A stretch of 63,081 nucleotides of DNA, filler included, from Octopus bimaculoides (GCF_001194135.2; 7 parts of 7 records of this genome joined end to end with filler, not necessarily neighbours in it); one strand, 5' to 3'; positions 1-12,263 are shown, counted from the first letter of the whole stretch. Notes: a model not told the origin generated them from the letters alone. Numbers and translations are program-made.

Positions 1-335
1 AATGTGCTGTGCGTGAGAAGACCCGGCAAGCCAAGTAAGATCGTTGCCAGTGCCCCTGGACTGGTTCTTGTGCGGGTGGCACATGAGATGCACCATTTTG
101 AGCGTGGCCGTTGCCAGTACCGCCTGACTGGTCCTCATGCCAGTGGCCCATAAAAGCACCCACTACACTCTCGGAGTGGTTGGCGTTATGAAGGGCATCC
201 AACTGTAGAAACTTTGCTAGATCAGATTGGAGCCTGGTGCAGCCATCTGGTTTGCCAGTCCTCAGTCAAATCGTCCAACCCATGCTAGCATGGAAGGCGA
301 ACGTGAAACAGTGATGATGATGATGATGATGATGA
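1..335 (+). mobile_element. Dispersed SINE-like repeat family B ending in a (GAT)n tail; further copies ~5720-5910(-), 35130-35345(+), 37020-37180(-), 37730-37975(+), 47930-48170(-), 50140-50490(-), 54395-54490(+), 54510-54827(+)
   Basis: The block CACTACACTCTCGGAGTGGTTGGCGTTAGGAAGGGCATCCAGCTGTAGAAAC...CCATGCTAGCATGGAAAGCGGACGTTAAACGATGATGAT recurs many times in both orientations within the window. Confidence 0.85.
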
Positions 336-639
336 TATATATATATTACATTGAAGAGTTATTCCTTTCTAATCAGTATAAAACTGGAGAAACCAGGAAT
401 AAGAAAAATGTGTAATGGTGGTCACAACAGAAATGTTTGTAGAAGTAATAATAGTAGTAGTAGGACAGCAAAGTATGGAAGTGAAGTCAGCTGTGACCAA
501 TAGGGCTAGGGAGAAATATTGCAAAAACCTACAAGTAATAACTTAGCTGTAATTATGAGTGCCTGATCGTTGAATGAAATGAAATGCAAAGATAAATAGA
601 TAAAAATTCTGAGGGTAGTGGTGGTGAGGAAGGAGAGAG

Positions 640-840
640 AGAGTGAGAGAGAGAAAGAGAGTCAAAGAAACTACATTGCCAAGGAGACAGGACACTATTG
701 AAAGACTGTGTACAGATGTGGTGGGAGAGAGAGAGAGAGAGTGAGAGAGAGAAAGATAGTCAAAGAAACTACATTGCCAAGGAGACAGGACACTATTGAA
801 AGACTTGTGTACAGATGTGGTGGGAGAGAGAGAGAGAGAA
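640..840. repeat. Tandem duplication, ~98-bp unit x2, containing (GA)n
   Basis: GTCAAAGAAACTACATTGCCAAGGAGACAGGACACTATTGAAAGACT...GTGGTGGGAGAGAG starts at 661 and again at 759. Confidence 0.9.
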
Positions 841-1956
841 GACAATCATGACAAATGAACAGACAGACACAGACAAAAATTTCTTCAGAAAACTGTCTTT
901 TATCCTCAACATGCTGACACTAAATAATATTATAAATTACATCATAATCATTATTTATTACCCATACTAATGTGTAAGTAAAACAAAAGATAAAGGATAT
1001 TTTTCTGAGTAAATTTTTGTGATACTAATGTGTAAAAGTAGGATAAAGGATATTTTTCTGAGTAAATTTTTGTGTAACTAGCAAATAATGGGTTTCTCTA
1101 AAAAATATATTTAGTAAATTGCTATTAAGATAATGTGTTTTGCAGTTCTATTTCTTTCGAATGTATACATACACACACAATATATTTACAGAAGTTCATT
1201 TCCTTTTTTAAAAAACTATTTCGATTGAATTACTTCATGTACACATTAGTATGGATAATAAATAATGACTATAGTATAATTTATATTATTTAGTGTTGGT
1301 GTGGTGGGGATAATGGATATTTTTCTGAGAAAATTTTTTTTGTATATGTTTTAATTTTCTTAGTATAGATATTTAATTGTATATATATTTACTGTTTTAC
1401 TATAGATTAATAACTGTTTCTATTTTAAAATACTAACATGCAGAAATATACTTAAATTAATATTCTTAAATATACACACACATCTTGTATAACTGTCATA
1501 TCCATTTTTATTCTATTTTATTATATTTTTTAAAAATTAAATTATTGACTCACACTCTTACAAACATAAACATATATTAAATTCAGTCTGTTTTAAGATT
1601 TCAAACTTCTCATATGTAATTTTTGTCTAATTTTCTTCATATATATATATATATATATATATATANNNNNNNNNNNNNNNNNNNNNNNNNNNNNNNNNNN
1701 NNNNNNNNNNNNNNNNNNNNNNNNNNNNNNNNNNNNNNNNNNNNNNNNNNNNNNNNNNNNNNNNNNNNNNNNNNNNNNNNNNNNNNNNNNNNNNNNNNNN
1801 NNNNNNNNNNNNNNNNNNNNNNNNNNNNNNNNNNNNNNNNNNNNNNNNNNNNNNNNNNNNNNNNNNNNNNNNNNNNNNNNNNNNNNNNNNNNNNNNNNNN
1901 NNNNNNNNNNNNNNNNNNNNNNNNNNNNNNNNNNNNNNNNNNNNNNNATATAATAT

Positions 1957-1990
<34 letters not shown>

Positions 1991-1991
<1 letters not shown>

Positions 1992-2075
1992 TAAGACGTA
2001 AAATGGAAACAGAACACAAAGCTTGAAACACGTGTGCCGCGATATCCTTTGTGTTGTTTTCATTTTACGTTTTAA
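1991..2075. repeat. Imperfect fold-back (arms ~30 bp) abutting a (TA)n tract
   Basis: TTAAGACGTAAAATGGAAACAGAACACAAAG (1991-2021) matches the reverse complement of CTTTGTGTTGTTTTCATTTTACGTTTTAA (2047-2075). Confidence 0.8.
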
Positions 2076-2144
2076 TATATTTTTTCACCTTGGCCACTAT
2101 CTAGCATATACAGGTGCTTACACTTATCAAGTATTACCTCTAAA

Positions 2145-2177
<33 letters not shown>

Positions 2178-2526
2178 TCTGTGTATATAGAGAGGTCAAA
2201 AGAAAAGGAGAGGTTAGTTGAACTTTGATTCCAGACGGATCCTGAAAATTGGAGTACTTAGTCAGGCCTTCTAGCATTAAAGTTGAAATAGTCTTTATAG
2301 AAAATACAAAGACACACACTTACATACATTTCTAGGTTGATGATATATTGATATTTTTAAAAATAATAAAATGCAGGTAATAAGTTTGATGACTTAAGAT
2401 AAAAGCAAAGCTATTGCAAGAAAGAATCACTGATATGAGTTATTGTTGATGCAATGTGAGGCCCTTGTATGACTCTTGAGATTGGTGAAAGATTTGCACA
2501 CACATACACACACACACATGCACAGA

Positions 2527-2876
2527 GGCAAAGGTGTGATTGTGTGGTAAGAAGTTTACTTCCCAACCACACGGCCACATGGTTATGGGTTCAGTACCAC
2601 TACATGACACATTGGGCAAGTGTCTTCTGACCAAAGCCTAACAGAGACTGAAAGAAGCCTGTCATGTATGTATATATATATATATATCTGTTTGTGCATG
2701 TGTCTTTCCATATGTGTTTGTCTGCCACCACTGCTTATTGGTATATTTACACGCCTGTAACTTAGTAGTTTAACAAATGAGTACCAGCTTTAAAAAAAAA
2801 ACAACCAAGTACTAAGGTTGATTCATTTGACTAAAACTTCAAGCATGGCTTGAGTTTAATGACTGAAACAAGATAT
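2527..2876 (+). mobile_element. tRNA-derived SINE family A (bipartite, internal microsatellite); other copies ~5358-5515(+), 10305-10622(-), 12060-12200(-), 29184-29345(-), 32133-32725(+), 36790-36950(+), 39020-39165(+), 42185-42470(-), 45035-45430(-), 48765-49185(-), 51420-51775(-), 55313-55460(-), 56110-56515(-)
   Basis: A-box-like TGGCTGTGTGG and B-box-like GGTTCAGTCCC, core CCTTGGGCAAGTGTCTTCTACT, then GGAAACTGAAAGAAGCC, a microsatellite, and a 3' part ending ATGACTGAAACAAGTAAAAGA. Many copies are visible in the window. Confidence 0.85.
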
Positions 2877-2889
2877 ATATATATAAAGG

Positions 2890-3237
2890 ATAGGGTAAAA
2901 GGTAAAGACCCCCTTCAGTCATGAATAGCCATGGGATTGCACCTAGAAAGTTCCCCCTCCAGAGCACCAGTCCAAGCAAGGTTGTTTACGGAAAACCAGC
3001 AGTCACCCATGCATACCAGCCTTCCCTCATCACACCACTGATGTTATCTAAGGAAAAGGCTGATACAGCAAAGTACCAGTGACGTCACAACTCATTTCTA
3101 CAAATGAGTGAACTGGAGCAATGTGAAATAAGGTGCCTTGTTCAAGAGCACAACACACAACCTGATCTGGAAATCAAACTCACTACCTCGTGATTGTGAG
3201 CCCAATGCTCTAACCACTGAGCCATGCACCTTCACTA
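2890..3237 (-). mobile_element. tRNA-derived SINE family C (GTGTTCTTGAGCAAGACACTT core)
   Basis: Reverse-complement match along its length to 34533-34875: head GGCTCAGTGGTTAGAGC...GAGTTTGATTTCC, the core, and a tail ending CATGACTGAAGGGGGTCT. Confidence 0.85.
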
Positions 3238-3247
3238 TTAAGATCTT

Positions 3248-3289
3248 TATAACACCTAGGTTTCCCAAGCAGTCACCCATCTAAGTACC
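3248..3289 (-). pseudogene. 5S rRNA-derived fragment (3' half, internal control region)
   Basis: Minus strand TGGTACTTAGATGGGTGACTGCTTGGGAAACCTAGGTGTTATA aligns by eye with the eukaryotic 5S segment TAGTACTTGGATGGGAGACCGCCTGGGAATACCGGGTGCTGTA. Confidence 0.65.
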
Positions 3290-3347
3290 ATATATATATA
3301 TATATATATATCTGTAAATATAATACGTGATAATTATTCGGTAGCCA

Positions 3348-3410
3348 TGATAAAACTACAAGTTTTGGATGTTAGGGTGGAAACCTACGCCGGCATCTCT
3401 TCAGTTATCA
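3348..3410 (-). ncRNA. Degenerate type I hammerhead-ribozyme-like motif
   Basis: UGAUAA-CUGAAGA-GAUG[22 nt]CAUC-C-AAAA-CU[UGU]AG-UU-UUAUCA. Stem I is a perfect 6 bp and the CUGANGA core is intact, but GAAA reads AAAA. Confidence 0.6.
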
Positions 3411-4428
3411 GGCCATCAAAAAAAAAATGCAATGAAAATGACCGTTAAAGAAAGGGAAATTACTGTGCGATTGACCGTTATTAAGACAAAAGAGCTATTA
3501 GAATGACCGCTAAGTAAGGGGAGGGAGTAAAGGTAATGGAGTAAAAATGCTCATAGTAATTGTGTAGGCGCACATGTCCATACATACACATGTGCGCCCA
3601 CACACCNNNNNNNNNNNNNNNNNNNNNNNNNNNNNNNNNNNNNNNNNNNNNNNNNNNNNNNNNNNNNNNNNNNNNNNNNNNNNNNNNNNNNNNNNNNNNN
3701 NNNNNNNNNNNNNNNNNNNNNNNNNNNNNNNNNNNNNNNNNNNNNNNNNNNNNNNNNNNNNNNNNNNNNNNNNNNNNNNNNNNNNNNNNNNNNNNNNNNN
3801 NNNNNNNNNNNNNNNNNNNNNNNNNNNNNNNNNNNNNNNNNNNNNNNNNNNNNNNNNNNNNNNNNNNNNNNNNNNNNNNNNNNNNNNNNNNNNNNNNNNN
3901 NNNNNNNNNNNNNNNNNNNNNNNNNNNNNNNNNNNNNNNNNNNNNNNNNNNNNNNNNNNNNNNNNNNNNNNNNNNNNNNNNNNNNNNNNNNNNNNNNNNN
4001 NNNNNNNNNNNNNNNNNNNNNNNNNNNNNNNNNNNNNNNNNNNNNNNNNNNNNNNNNNNNNNNNNNNNNNNNNNNNNNNNNNNNNNNNNNNNNNNNNNNN
4101 NNNNNNNNNNNNNNNNNNNNNNNNNNNNNNNNNNNNNNNNNNNNNNNNNNNNNNNNNNNNNNNNNNNNNNNNNNNNNNNNNNNNNNNNNNNNNNNNNNNN
4201 NNGAGAACTACGTTAAGAGTACACGTGTCTGTGGAGTGCTCAGCCACTTGCATGTTAATTTTACGAGCAGGCTGTTCCGTTGATTGGATCAACTGGAACC
4301 CTCGTCGTCGTAAGCGACGGAGTGCCAACAAATATTTACAGACAAATACCTCTATTTACATGATACCGAGGTCTCTTTCATTCTTTTGTTGTCTTACCAT
4401 TTCTATCAATATATATATATATATATAG

Positions 4429-4473
<45 letters not shown>

Positions 4474-5002
4474 TAAACACATATACATACATATCTATAT
4501 CACACACACTCATGTGTGCCAGTATCATGGTTTTTTTCTTTCAGACTATATATCATTCTTGCGAGGAGGCTAGGTCCTACAACCAGGCTTATAACCTCCT
4601 GTAGTTGATAGCCAACAATATGTAGTCCTGTAAGTTAAAGGCTGATAATAGTATAGAACAGATAAACAAGAAGTTCCTGTGGGAAATAGGTGCGGGAAGT
4701 AAAATTCTTTTATCTGAGACAGGATAAAAAATCAAAAATGTGTTTAAAAGAGGGGTTGTAGTAAAATGTTGTTGGTTCCGGCCTGATTGAGAAAATCTGT
4801 TAATCAATAGTACTGCAACTGTCTTTGTTCAACCTCTTTCCATGACTGTGCACTGAAGGTCAATATATTTTTTTTTAAGAGTATAATGTGTCAGATAAAA
4901 AGAATTTGAGTTCATTGTAAGAAAATTTATAAGGTCAATAAAGAACATTTAATTAACACCAATTATCTATTTTTGTCAGTTTTGCTCTTGATTGGTGTAT
5001 AG

Positions 5003-5216
5003 AAGAAGGCAGTAGGCTGGCAGAACTGTTAGTATGTTGAATGAAATGCTTAACTACATGTCATCTGTATTTACATCCAGAGTTCAAATCTTGCTAAGGT
5101 CAACTTTGCCTTTCCTTCTTTCAGGGTCCATAAAATAAACTGTCAAGTGCTGGGGTTGAGGTAACTGACTGGCCTCTATCCTCCAAGACTACCGGCCCTG
5201 TGCCAAAATTTGAAGC
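5003..5216 (+). mobile_element. tRNA-derived SINE with Nin/Deu-like central domain; other copies ~7300-7490(-), 32985-33195(-), 33215-33400(-), 57330-57745(+, interrupted), 60290-60390(-)
   Basis: Head TGGCAGAA...GAGTTCAAAT followed by GGTCGACTTTGCCTTTCATCCTTTC..GGTCGATAAA.TAAGTAC-type core, which resembles the Deu/Nin SINE domain from memory. Several copies occur in the window. Confidence 0.7.
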
Positions 5217-6508
5217 TATTCTTTGGTGTATTGCATCTAAGATAATATGGAAAGTGATAAATCCCAGATGACAACAATAATTCACCTACTAGATGTAGAA
5301 TTATACAAAATAACTCAAGATAATTTTTAAGATGAACACGCATGTTCTTGGAAAATTGACTGTATGGCAAGAAGCTTGCTTCCCAATCACTGTTCCGGGT
5401 TCAGTCCAAATGCATGGTACCTTGGGCAAGTGTCTTCTACTATAGAGCCCAATAGCCACAGGCTGACCAAAGCCCTGTGAGTGCAATTGGTAGATGGAAA
5501 CTGAAAGAAGTCCATCATTATATAAGTATGTATGTGTGTATATATATGTATGTATATATATATANNNNNNNNNNNNNNNNNNNNNNNNNNNNNNNNNNNN
5601 NNNNNNNNNNNNNNNNNNNNNNNNNNNNNNNNNNNNNNNNNNNNNNNNNNNNNNNNNNNNNNNNCCATGTGGTTGGTAAGCAAGATACTTACCACACAGC
5701 CACTCCTATATATATCAATCATCATCATCATCAACGTTTAATGTCCGCTTTCCATGCTAGCATGGGTTGGATGATTTGACTGAGGACTGGCGAACTAGAT
5801 GGCTGCACCAGGCTCCAATCTGATCTGGCAGAGTTTCTACAGCTGGATGTCCTTCCTAACACCAACCACTCCGAGAGTGTAGTGGGTGTTTTACATGCCA
5901 CCGGCACTTCAAGGAGACAGATGGAATGGAAAGTAGCTGAAGAGGTCACAGCATGTGTGATGAAAGATTTCAGACAAAGGACACCAAAATAAAAATAATA
6001 AAGCTGAGTGATTATATAGTTAATGCCTGTCTTTAATTGGGGGGAAAAAAGAAGTCTTTTTAATGACCATTCCAAGAAATAGGACATCTATTTCAACACA
6101 TGATTTCACATCAGAAATCTTGGGATGGAGGGTCACTGAAGAGGTCAGTGCATGTGTTTATTTAAGTGGGTGAATGGGTGGGGGAACCACCCCAGATATG
6201 TATAAGAATATCTGTTTCAACACACTACTTCACATGAGAAATCCTGCAAAGCAAATGCATTTTCTGTTTTTGCTTAGAAAATTATCACTCACTGTAAACC
6301 ACACCCAAACAATAAATAAATAAATAAAACATAAATAAAAAAAAGAATAGAGCTCAATGTTGGCATGAAACCAGTAAGGAGTGGCATCTGTAGGTGGTTG
6401 CTCTATTTTGTAGAAGTAACAACAAAATTCCTTCAAATTACACACTACTGCATTAATAAAACAAGCACACTGAAGGAATCAGGTCAGCTAGAAAAGAAAA
6501 ACAAACTA

Positions 6509-6724
6509 TGAAGGGGTGCTGAAAAGTTCCTGGCTTTAAGGGTATTGTGAAAGGCCTGGTTGGAGGCTCAACCTTCCGAGTTCTTTCACAGAGTTTAGAA
6601 AATTTGAAGGACTGCTGCAATAAGTTGTGAATCTGCGAGGAAAATATATTGAATAAAATCATAATTAATTGATCCTCCTGTATTTTCTTTTACCCAAAGC
6701 CAGGAACTTTTCAGTACCCACTTG
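6509..6724 (+). mobile_element. Mariner-derived MITE / internally deleted Tc1-mariner element (~216 bp)
   Basis: TA flanks at 6507-6508 and 6725-6726. TIRs are TGAAGGGGTGCTGAAAAGTTCCTGGCTTT and the reverse complement of AAAGCCAGGAACTTTTCAGTACCCACTTG. The interior encodes a mariner-like C-terminus (..NLRGKYIE*). Confidence 0.85.
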
Positions 6725-8357
6725 TATACATACCTTTAGTAAAAATATAATCTTTGGATAAGAGGAAATCTATTGTCATTATACCTATAATAAGAGAATT
6801 AACCAGCCACTAACTTGGATTTATTTACTGAAAATTATATTCAATTTAGAGATATTAATATTTCTAAGTCTCTCTAAAGGAGACTATGGTAGCGGTACTG
6901 GATATTAATAGTTATCGCCAAGTCAACATGGCAGTCCAAAAAATAGGACGAATGTGCCGTTGATTAGCTCCAAGAGGCCATCGCCTCTAGCTAGCTATAT
7001 GACACACGAACCTGTGTCCTTTATAACCTTCGAACAGGGGAGGTCAGCAGCTTTCCCTTGCTGGTTTGGCATCTGCATTCAATTTGATAGACAACTATAA
7101 AATTGTAACGTGTTAGGGATGGATAAATCTATCAAAAAACTTAACTTATTAACATTTAAACTGGCCATTGGATTGGATTGCCCATGTTCAATTCATTGTA
7201 GGACAAAACCCTCAGCTATGTTCTCTCCATCAACCACCGTCAGGCCATGAATTTGAGATTGAGATCATATTAGTTTGATGAGTCTACTCTGCCACACTAA
7301 CATGGCATGACTTGGTAGAAGGGTGCAATTTTTATAGGAGTAGCTAAGTTGATTGCATTGACCTTAGTGTTCAACTGGTACTTAATTTATTGACTCCAAG
7401 AGAATAAAAGGTAAAGTCGACCTTGGCAGAATTTAAACCCTGAACAGACCAAGTATTTCGCCTGGTGTGCAAAAAATTCTGCCAGTTTACTACTTTATCT
7501 GGTCCAGATATTCACCCTGTTACATGCTCAAAGCAACTCAATCCAGTCTCTCACACCCATCTTACGAATTTGTTCTAAAACTTATCAGTCAGATCATCGA
7601 AATCTTGAAGCTATAAGATAATGCATGACTAATTTTTAAATAAATGTAAATAAATAAGAATTATATTTGACAGAGTAATGTGAATGCTAAAGGGTGTATT
7701 TGTTGTCTTTAGTTATGTTTCAATGGCCTGTACATTAAATTTCATATGCCACACTACTTTTAAATGATTGTTCAATCAGTAAAAGTAGTTTGTAATAAAT
7801 GACACTATCACTGATGAGTTTGTTTGCCAAGTCAATAAAATTGATTTTCTCCCATTCTCTTTTTCTTGAGGATAATTTAATCTGCAAATGCTCAGATATA
7901 AATGAAATTACATCACTCTACTTCCCTCACTTGTATCTGCTTTGAATTTCAAAAGAAAACTCAATCTACCACTCAATGAAACACCATCACCTGGTTGGCT
8001 CTTGGATGCCTTGAGACAGATTCCTTCTATTGGAAGTGTTCAGGTTATATTTTCTGATTGGAAATTAACTCTAAGTGCAGGGGCTATGGGTTATTTCTCT
8101 TGAGTGTTTAAAAAAATAATGTGCAGATGCTATGGATTATTTCCCTTGGGTGTTTAAAAAAAATTAGTAATATGAGGTAGATATAAAGATTCCTTCCATA
8201 TTATTGATTTTTTTTCAACAATCTAAGTATGTCACGAGGTTTCCAGACATGAGTTCTACTCACATGTCAAGTTTTATCAAAATCAATAAAACGATATAGA
8301 AGTTAGCTAACAATGCCACAAACAAACACACATGGATTTTCTACATATGTAGTAGAT

Positions 8358-8416
<59 letters not shown>

Positions 8417-8516
8417 NNNNNNNNNNNNNNNNNNNNNNNNNNNNNNNNNNNNNNNNNNNNTTAATTAATTAANNNNNNNNNNNNNNNNNNNNNNNNNNNN
8501 NNNNNNNNNNNNNNNN

Positions 8517-8569
8517 ATAATACAAATAATATGTGAGTATATGCATATATACGTACATGTATGTACATA

Positions 8570-8613
<44 letters not shown>

Positions 8614-8830
8614 ATAATACAAATAATATGTGAGTATATGCATATATACGTACATGTATGTACATACCTACATCTACATGTATATATAGATACATATCTG
8701 GGTAGAGGACGTTACAAACAAACGTTTGACAAAATGAGAAACAGAACAATAAGAGAGTACAGAAAACATACAGGCCACATAGAGAACATTTCCTTCATCA
8801 GCTGCCACCATCCTAAAACTAAGCGTATAT
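8517..8830. repeat. Dispersed repeat family F, also inverted at ~29585-29740
   Basis: TACAAATAATATGTGAGTATATGCATATATACGTACATGTATGTACATACCTACATCTAC...GATACATATCTGGG matches the reverse complement of 29640-29735. Confidence 0.75.
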
Positions 8831-8975
8831 ATATATATATATATNNNNNNNNNNNNNNNNNNNNNNNNNNNNNNNNNNNNNNNNNNNNNNNNTATATATT
8901 GACAATATTAAAAATAAAGGTTACTCCGAAGTAGAATAGCATCACCTTTAATTTTATAATTATATACCGCCTTTT

Positions 8976-9062
8976 AAGACCAACACATGTTTCAGTAGCA
9001 CTGATTAGTAATCGTTGCAATTGCAACCCTACAATAAAACAGTGCAGTCTCTTCAAGGTCTT
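8976..9062 (-). ncRNA. Degenerate type I hammerhead-like motif with long branched stem II
   Basis: AAGACC-UUGAAGA-GACUGCACUG...CAGUGCUACU-GAAA-C-AUGU-GU-U-GGUCUU. Stem I is a perfect 6 bp, C3 reads U, and stem II carries an internal palindrome GUUGCAAUUGCAAC. Confidence 0.55.
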
Positions 9063-12000
9063 AGCTTCATAACCCTCGGTATGGCCGTTTAATGATTTTC
9101 TTTTATAAACCCTGCGTTGTATAATTTAGAGCTAACTGTTAAGTCATACGCGAACAATCTCTATTTCAAGTTCTTATTGGATAATCATTTTCAGTCTATC
9201 ATTTCAAAACCTTGTATAGCTGAAATGATAGTTATTCGTTTATTCTTCGCAAAAGTGAATTTCATCATGTGCAAGCATCTCAATGCTTGCTCCTTTCTTG
9301 AATTTATTACATTACCCTAGCATGTGAAAATCCTGTACAATTCTTGTAAAAATAGGTCACATCTATTGGTTCCAGGTCTGCATGGTCTTTGTTACTCTTT
9401 GTGCGTGTGTGTGTGTGTGGGCGTGTTTGTGTTTGTCTACCACCGCTTGACAACCGGTGTTAGTGGGTTTTCGTCCCTGTAACTTAGCTGTTCCGCAAAA
9501 GATAAAGGATGCCAGGCTTTAAAAAATACTGGGGTTTATTCATTCGACTACAAATTCTTCAAGGCGGTGCCGTAGTATGGCCATAGACTAATGACTGAAA
9601 CAAGTAAAAGATAAAAGATAATTACATATATATGTAGAGAGAGAGAGAGAGAGATTACAGAAGTATCGGCCCCAAGCTGTGTTTGGGCATTAGCGAACTT
9701 TTGGTTAGTTAAAATTTGTTAGTGACATATTTCAACTTCTAATGGCAACTTCACTGCAGTTACCGTGAAGAAAAATTATCTCTTATGATAAAATTGTTTA
9801 AAAACACCATATCTCTCCAGTGCCCCCCCCCCCTGTAGGATTTCTAAACGCGTTTCTTACTCTTCAGCTGTTATCAATGGGAAATACCGAAGAGTGGCAA
9901 CTCTGCACATACTTTTTTTTCAGATCTTAAAACAATTTACGTCTAGTTTAAGGCTAACAAAGACAAAACCTCCACGACTAATAATAGCAATACTAAACTT
10001 CAATTTTATTGACTTCAGAACAAGTGGTAGAAAACAGCGACCACATTTACCTCCACAAAATTTAGAGGGATCATATTTATCAATGTGTTTGCTGGGAAAA
10101 ACCATATAGTGAAAGTCAGTTGCATGCAAGCTGTTAACATCATTGCAGTCTCGACTAATAGAGGAATTACGACACTTCACCTAGAATTCTATCCTAGATA
10201 TTTGACCATACTCAATAAACTGAACCGAGCTGAACTTCAAATGCCTGGATTTGGATTTGCGATGAAGTCTGCAATAACAAACCCGTCTTCTGTTTTGGAT
10301 CTTTTGTTTCATTTTTTACTTGTTTCAGTCATTGGACTGCGGCCATGATGGGGCATCACCTTCAGGTATTTTTGTGTTTTTCCGCCCCCACCGCTTGACA
10401 AACGGTAGGGGTGGGCAAACGCAGACACAAAGACACACGCACACACACTTATATATATATATATATATATAAATCGACTTCTTGACGTTTCCATCTACCT
10501 ATTCCACTAAAAAGGGTTTGGTTGATCCGCGGCTATAGCAGAAGATAGTTAGCCAAGATGCCACGCGTTGGGACCGAACCGGAACCATGTGGTTGCGAAG
10601 GAAACTTCTTACCACACAACCGCAATTACACCTATAGAAATAAATCGCAAAATTGTTACTCGGGCTGATATAGTGACGTCAGATTAGAAACAATTCCCAA
10701 ATTTATCGCTCTATGCTAACAAAAATCTGATTTGTGTGGTGACTGGCAGAATCGAAAGAACGATAAAAAATATATACTTGGTCTTTCATTGCATCTCTTT
10801 GCGTTCTTATTCTGTTTCCTACAATAAGAAACTCTATACCAGTAATATACTGTTCCATTGCCCAAAATTGGTAATCCTTGCATAAAGGAGAAAAATATTA
10901 TTGGAAATGTAATGAACAGAAGAACTATCCGCCACAGATGTTGTGGTTGAATATTAGAGAATGTAGACTATTTCTATATTAGTTACAATTAAACAATTTG
11001 CTCAGAACGCCAGTGAATCAATGAGAACAATGCCAGGAACATAGACAAAGGTATCTAGAGTAGAGAGGAAATATTTCTTCTACGGTGACTGCACCAATAA
11101 AGACAGAATTAATGAGGATATTATGAATAAAGAGGCACAGAAATGATTTCTTATTCATTTGATTTAATAGATAGTGTCAATAAGAACAAAGAATTAATTT
11201 TAAGATATATTATTAATTTGATAGAAGGCTGACAAGTTGATGGATTTTAAACTTTTGCTTGTCATTGCTTATTGCGAAATTATTCAATCATTCCCACAAG
11301 TTAGTCCTATTCAGTAATGAAGTCAAATACAGTTGATGAAAATTTGAGAAGCCCAGCATCTTCCGGAAATATTAATATATCCAACCCCTGTAGCTTAAGT
11401 AAATCTGCTAATAGATATGTCTTGGTAATGGAACGAGGTTTATCAATTTTACTGCTGAATGAACTCTTTAAGCAAGAATATTTTTAGGCGATTCATATAA
11501 AAAAAGGATACTCGATATATAAATAAGTTTTTCATTGAATAAATAACAGGGATAATTGGCATCAAAATTGTTTTATGCATTAAATGGAGAACAAATATTC
11601 CAGCATAAACTTCTTCCTGTGTGCATGCTCTGTGATAACTATTATAATTTTATCTGAACTAGAAGGGTTACCTCTTCATTATAAGGATTAGCAGTGAAAA
11701 GAGTACTCTCATAACATTTGACAAACTTACAATGAAGTACATCCGATTGATATTGTAAGAATTTGAACCATGAATTGAATTTGAGCTACTTATTCTTGCA
11801 TTTTGGTTTACTAACTCTGAAATCAAATATATATTATACTATAGCTTTGGCATTCAAATCAGAGATTATTAAGAACGTTTTCGAAGAATTCGTAACAAGC
11901 ATTTTTTAATCCTATACCCTATATCTATCGGGTGGTGTGATAGTTAATTTCAATGCATGTTATCCGAAAAGAACTATCAAACAAATTATGAAAGCATTTG

Positions 12001-12231
12001 ACAGAGAGGATAAATCTACAATTAGAAACAGCTGGGAAAATTGTGTGTGTACATATACGACGGGCTTCTCTCAGTTTCATTCTACATATTCCGCTCACAG
12101 GGCTTTGATCTACCGGGGCTATTGTAGAAGACACTGCCCACAGTAACACGCTGTGAGACTGAACCCAGAACCATGTGGTTGAGAAGCAAACTTCTTATAA
12201 AAAAACCACGCCAGTTTGCTTTATTATAATA

Positions 12232-12263
<32 letters not shown>

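Noticed and set aside
4589-4807. Minus-strand FPHLFPTG, reminiscent of Helitron Rep
   Set aside because: It is a single short motif without flanking similarity or Helitron termini.
8785-8810. CTGATGAAGG on the minus strand of repeat family F
   Set aside because: No GAAA with a closing stem II lies downstream, and the sister copy at ~29620 also lacks it.
9841-9875. Minus-strand CTGAAGA-GTAA-GAAACGCGTT, hammerhead-like
   Set aside because: There is no stem II (only 4 nt) and no stem I pairing; at best a deleted relic.
9894-10348. Overlapping 71-87-aa ORFs after an acceptor-like TTTTTTCAG
   Set aside because: No recognisable domain and no matching donor; ORFs this size on both strands are expected by chance.
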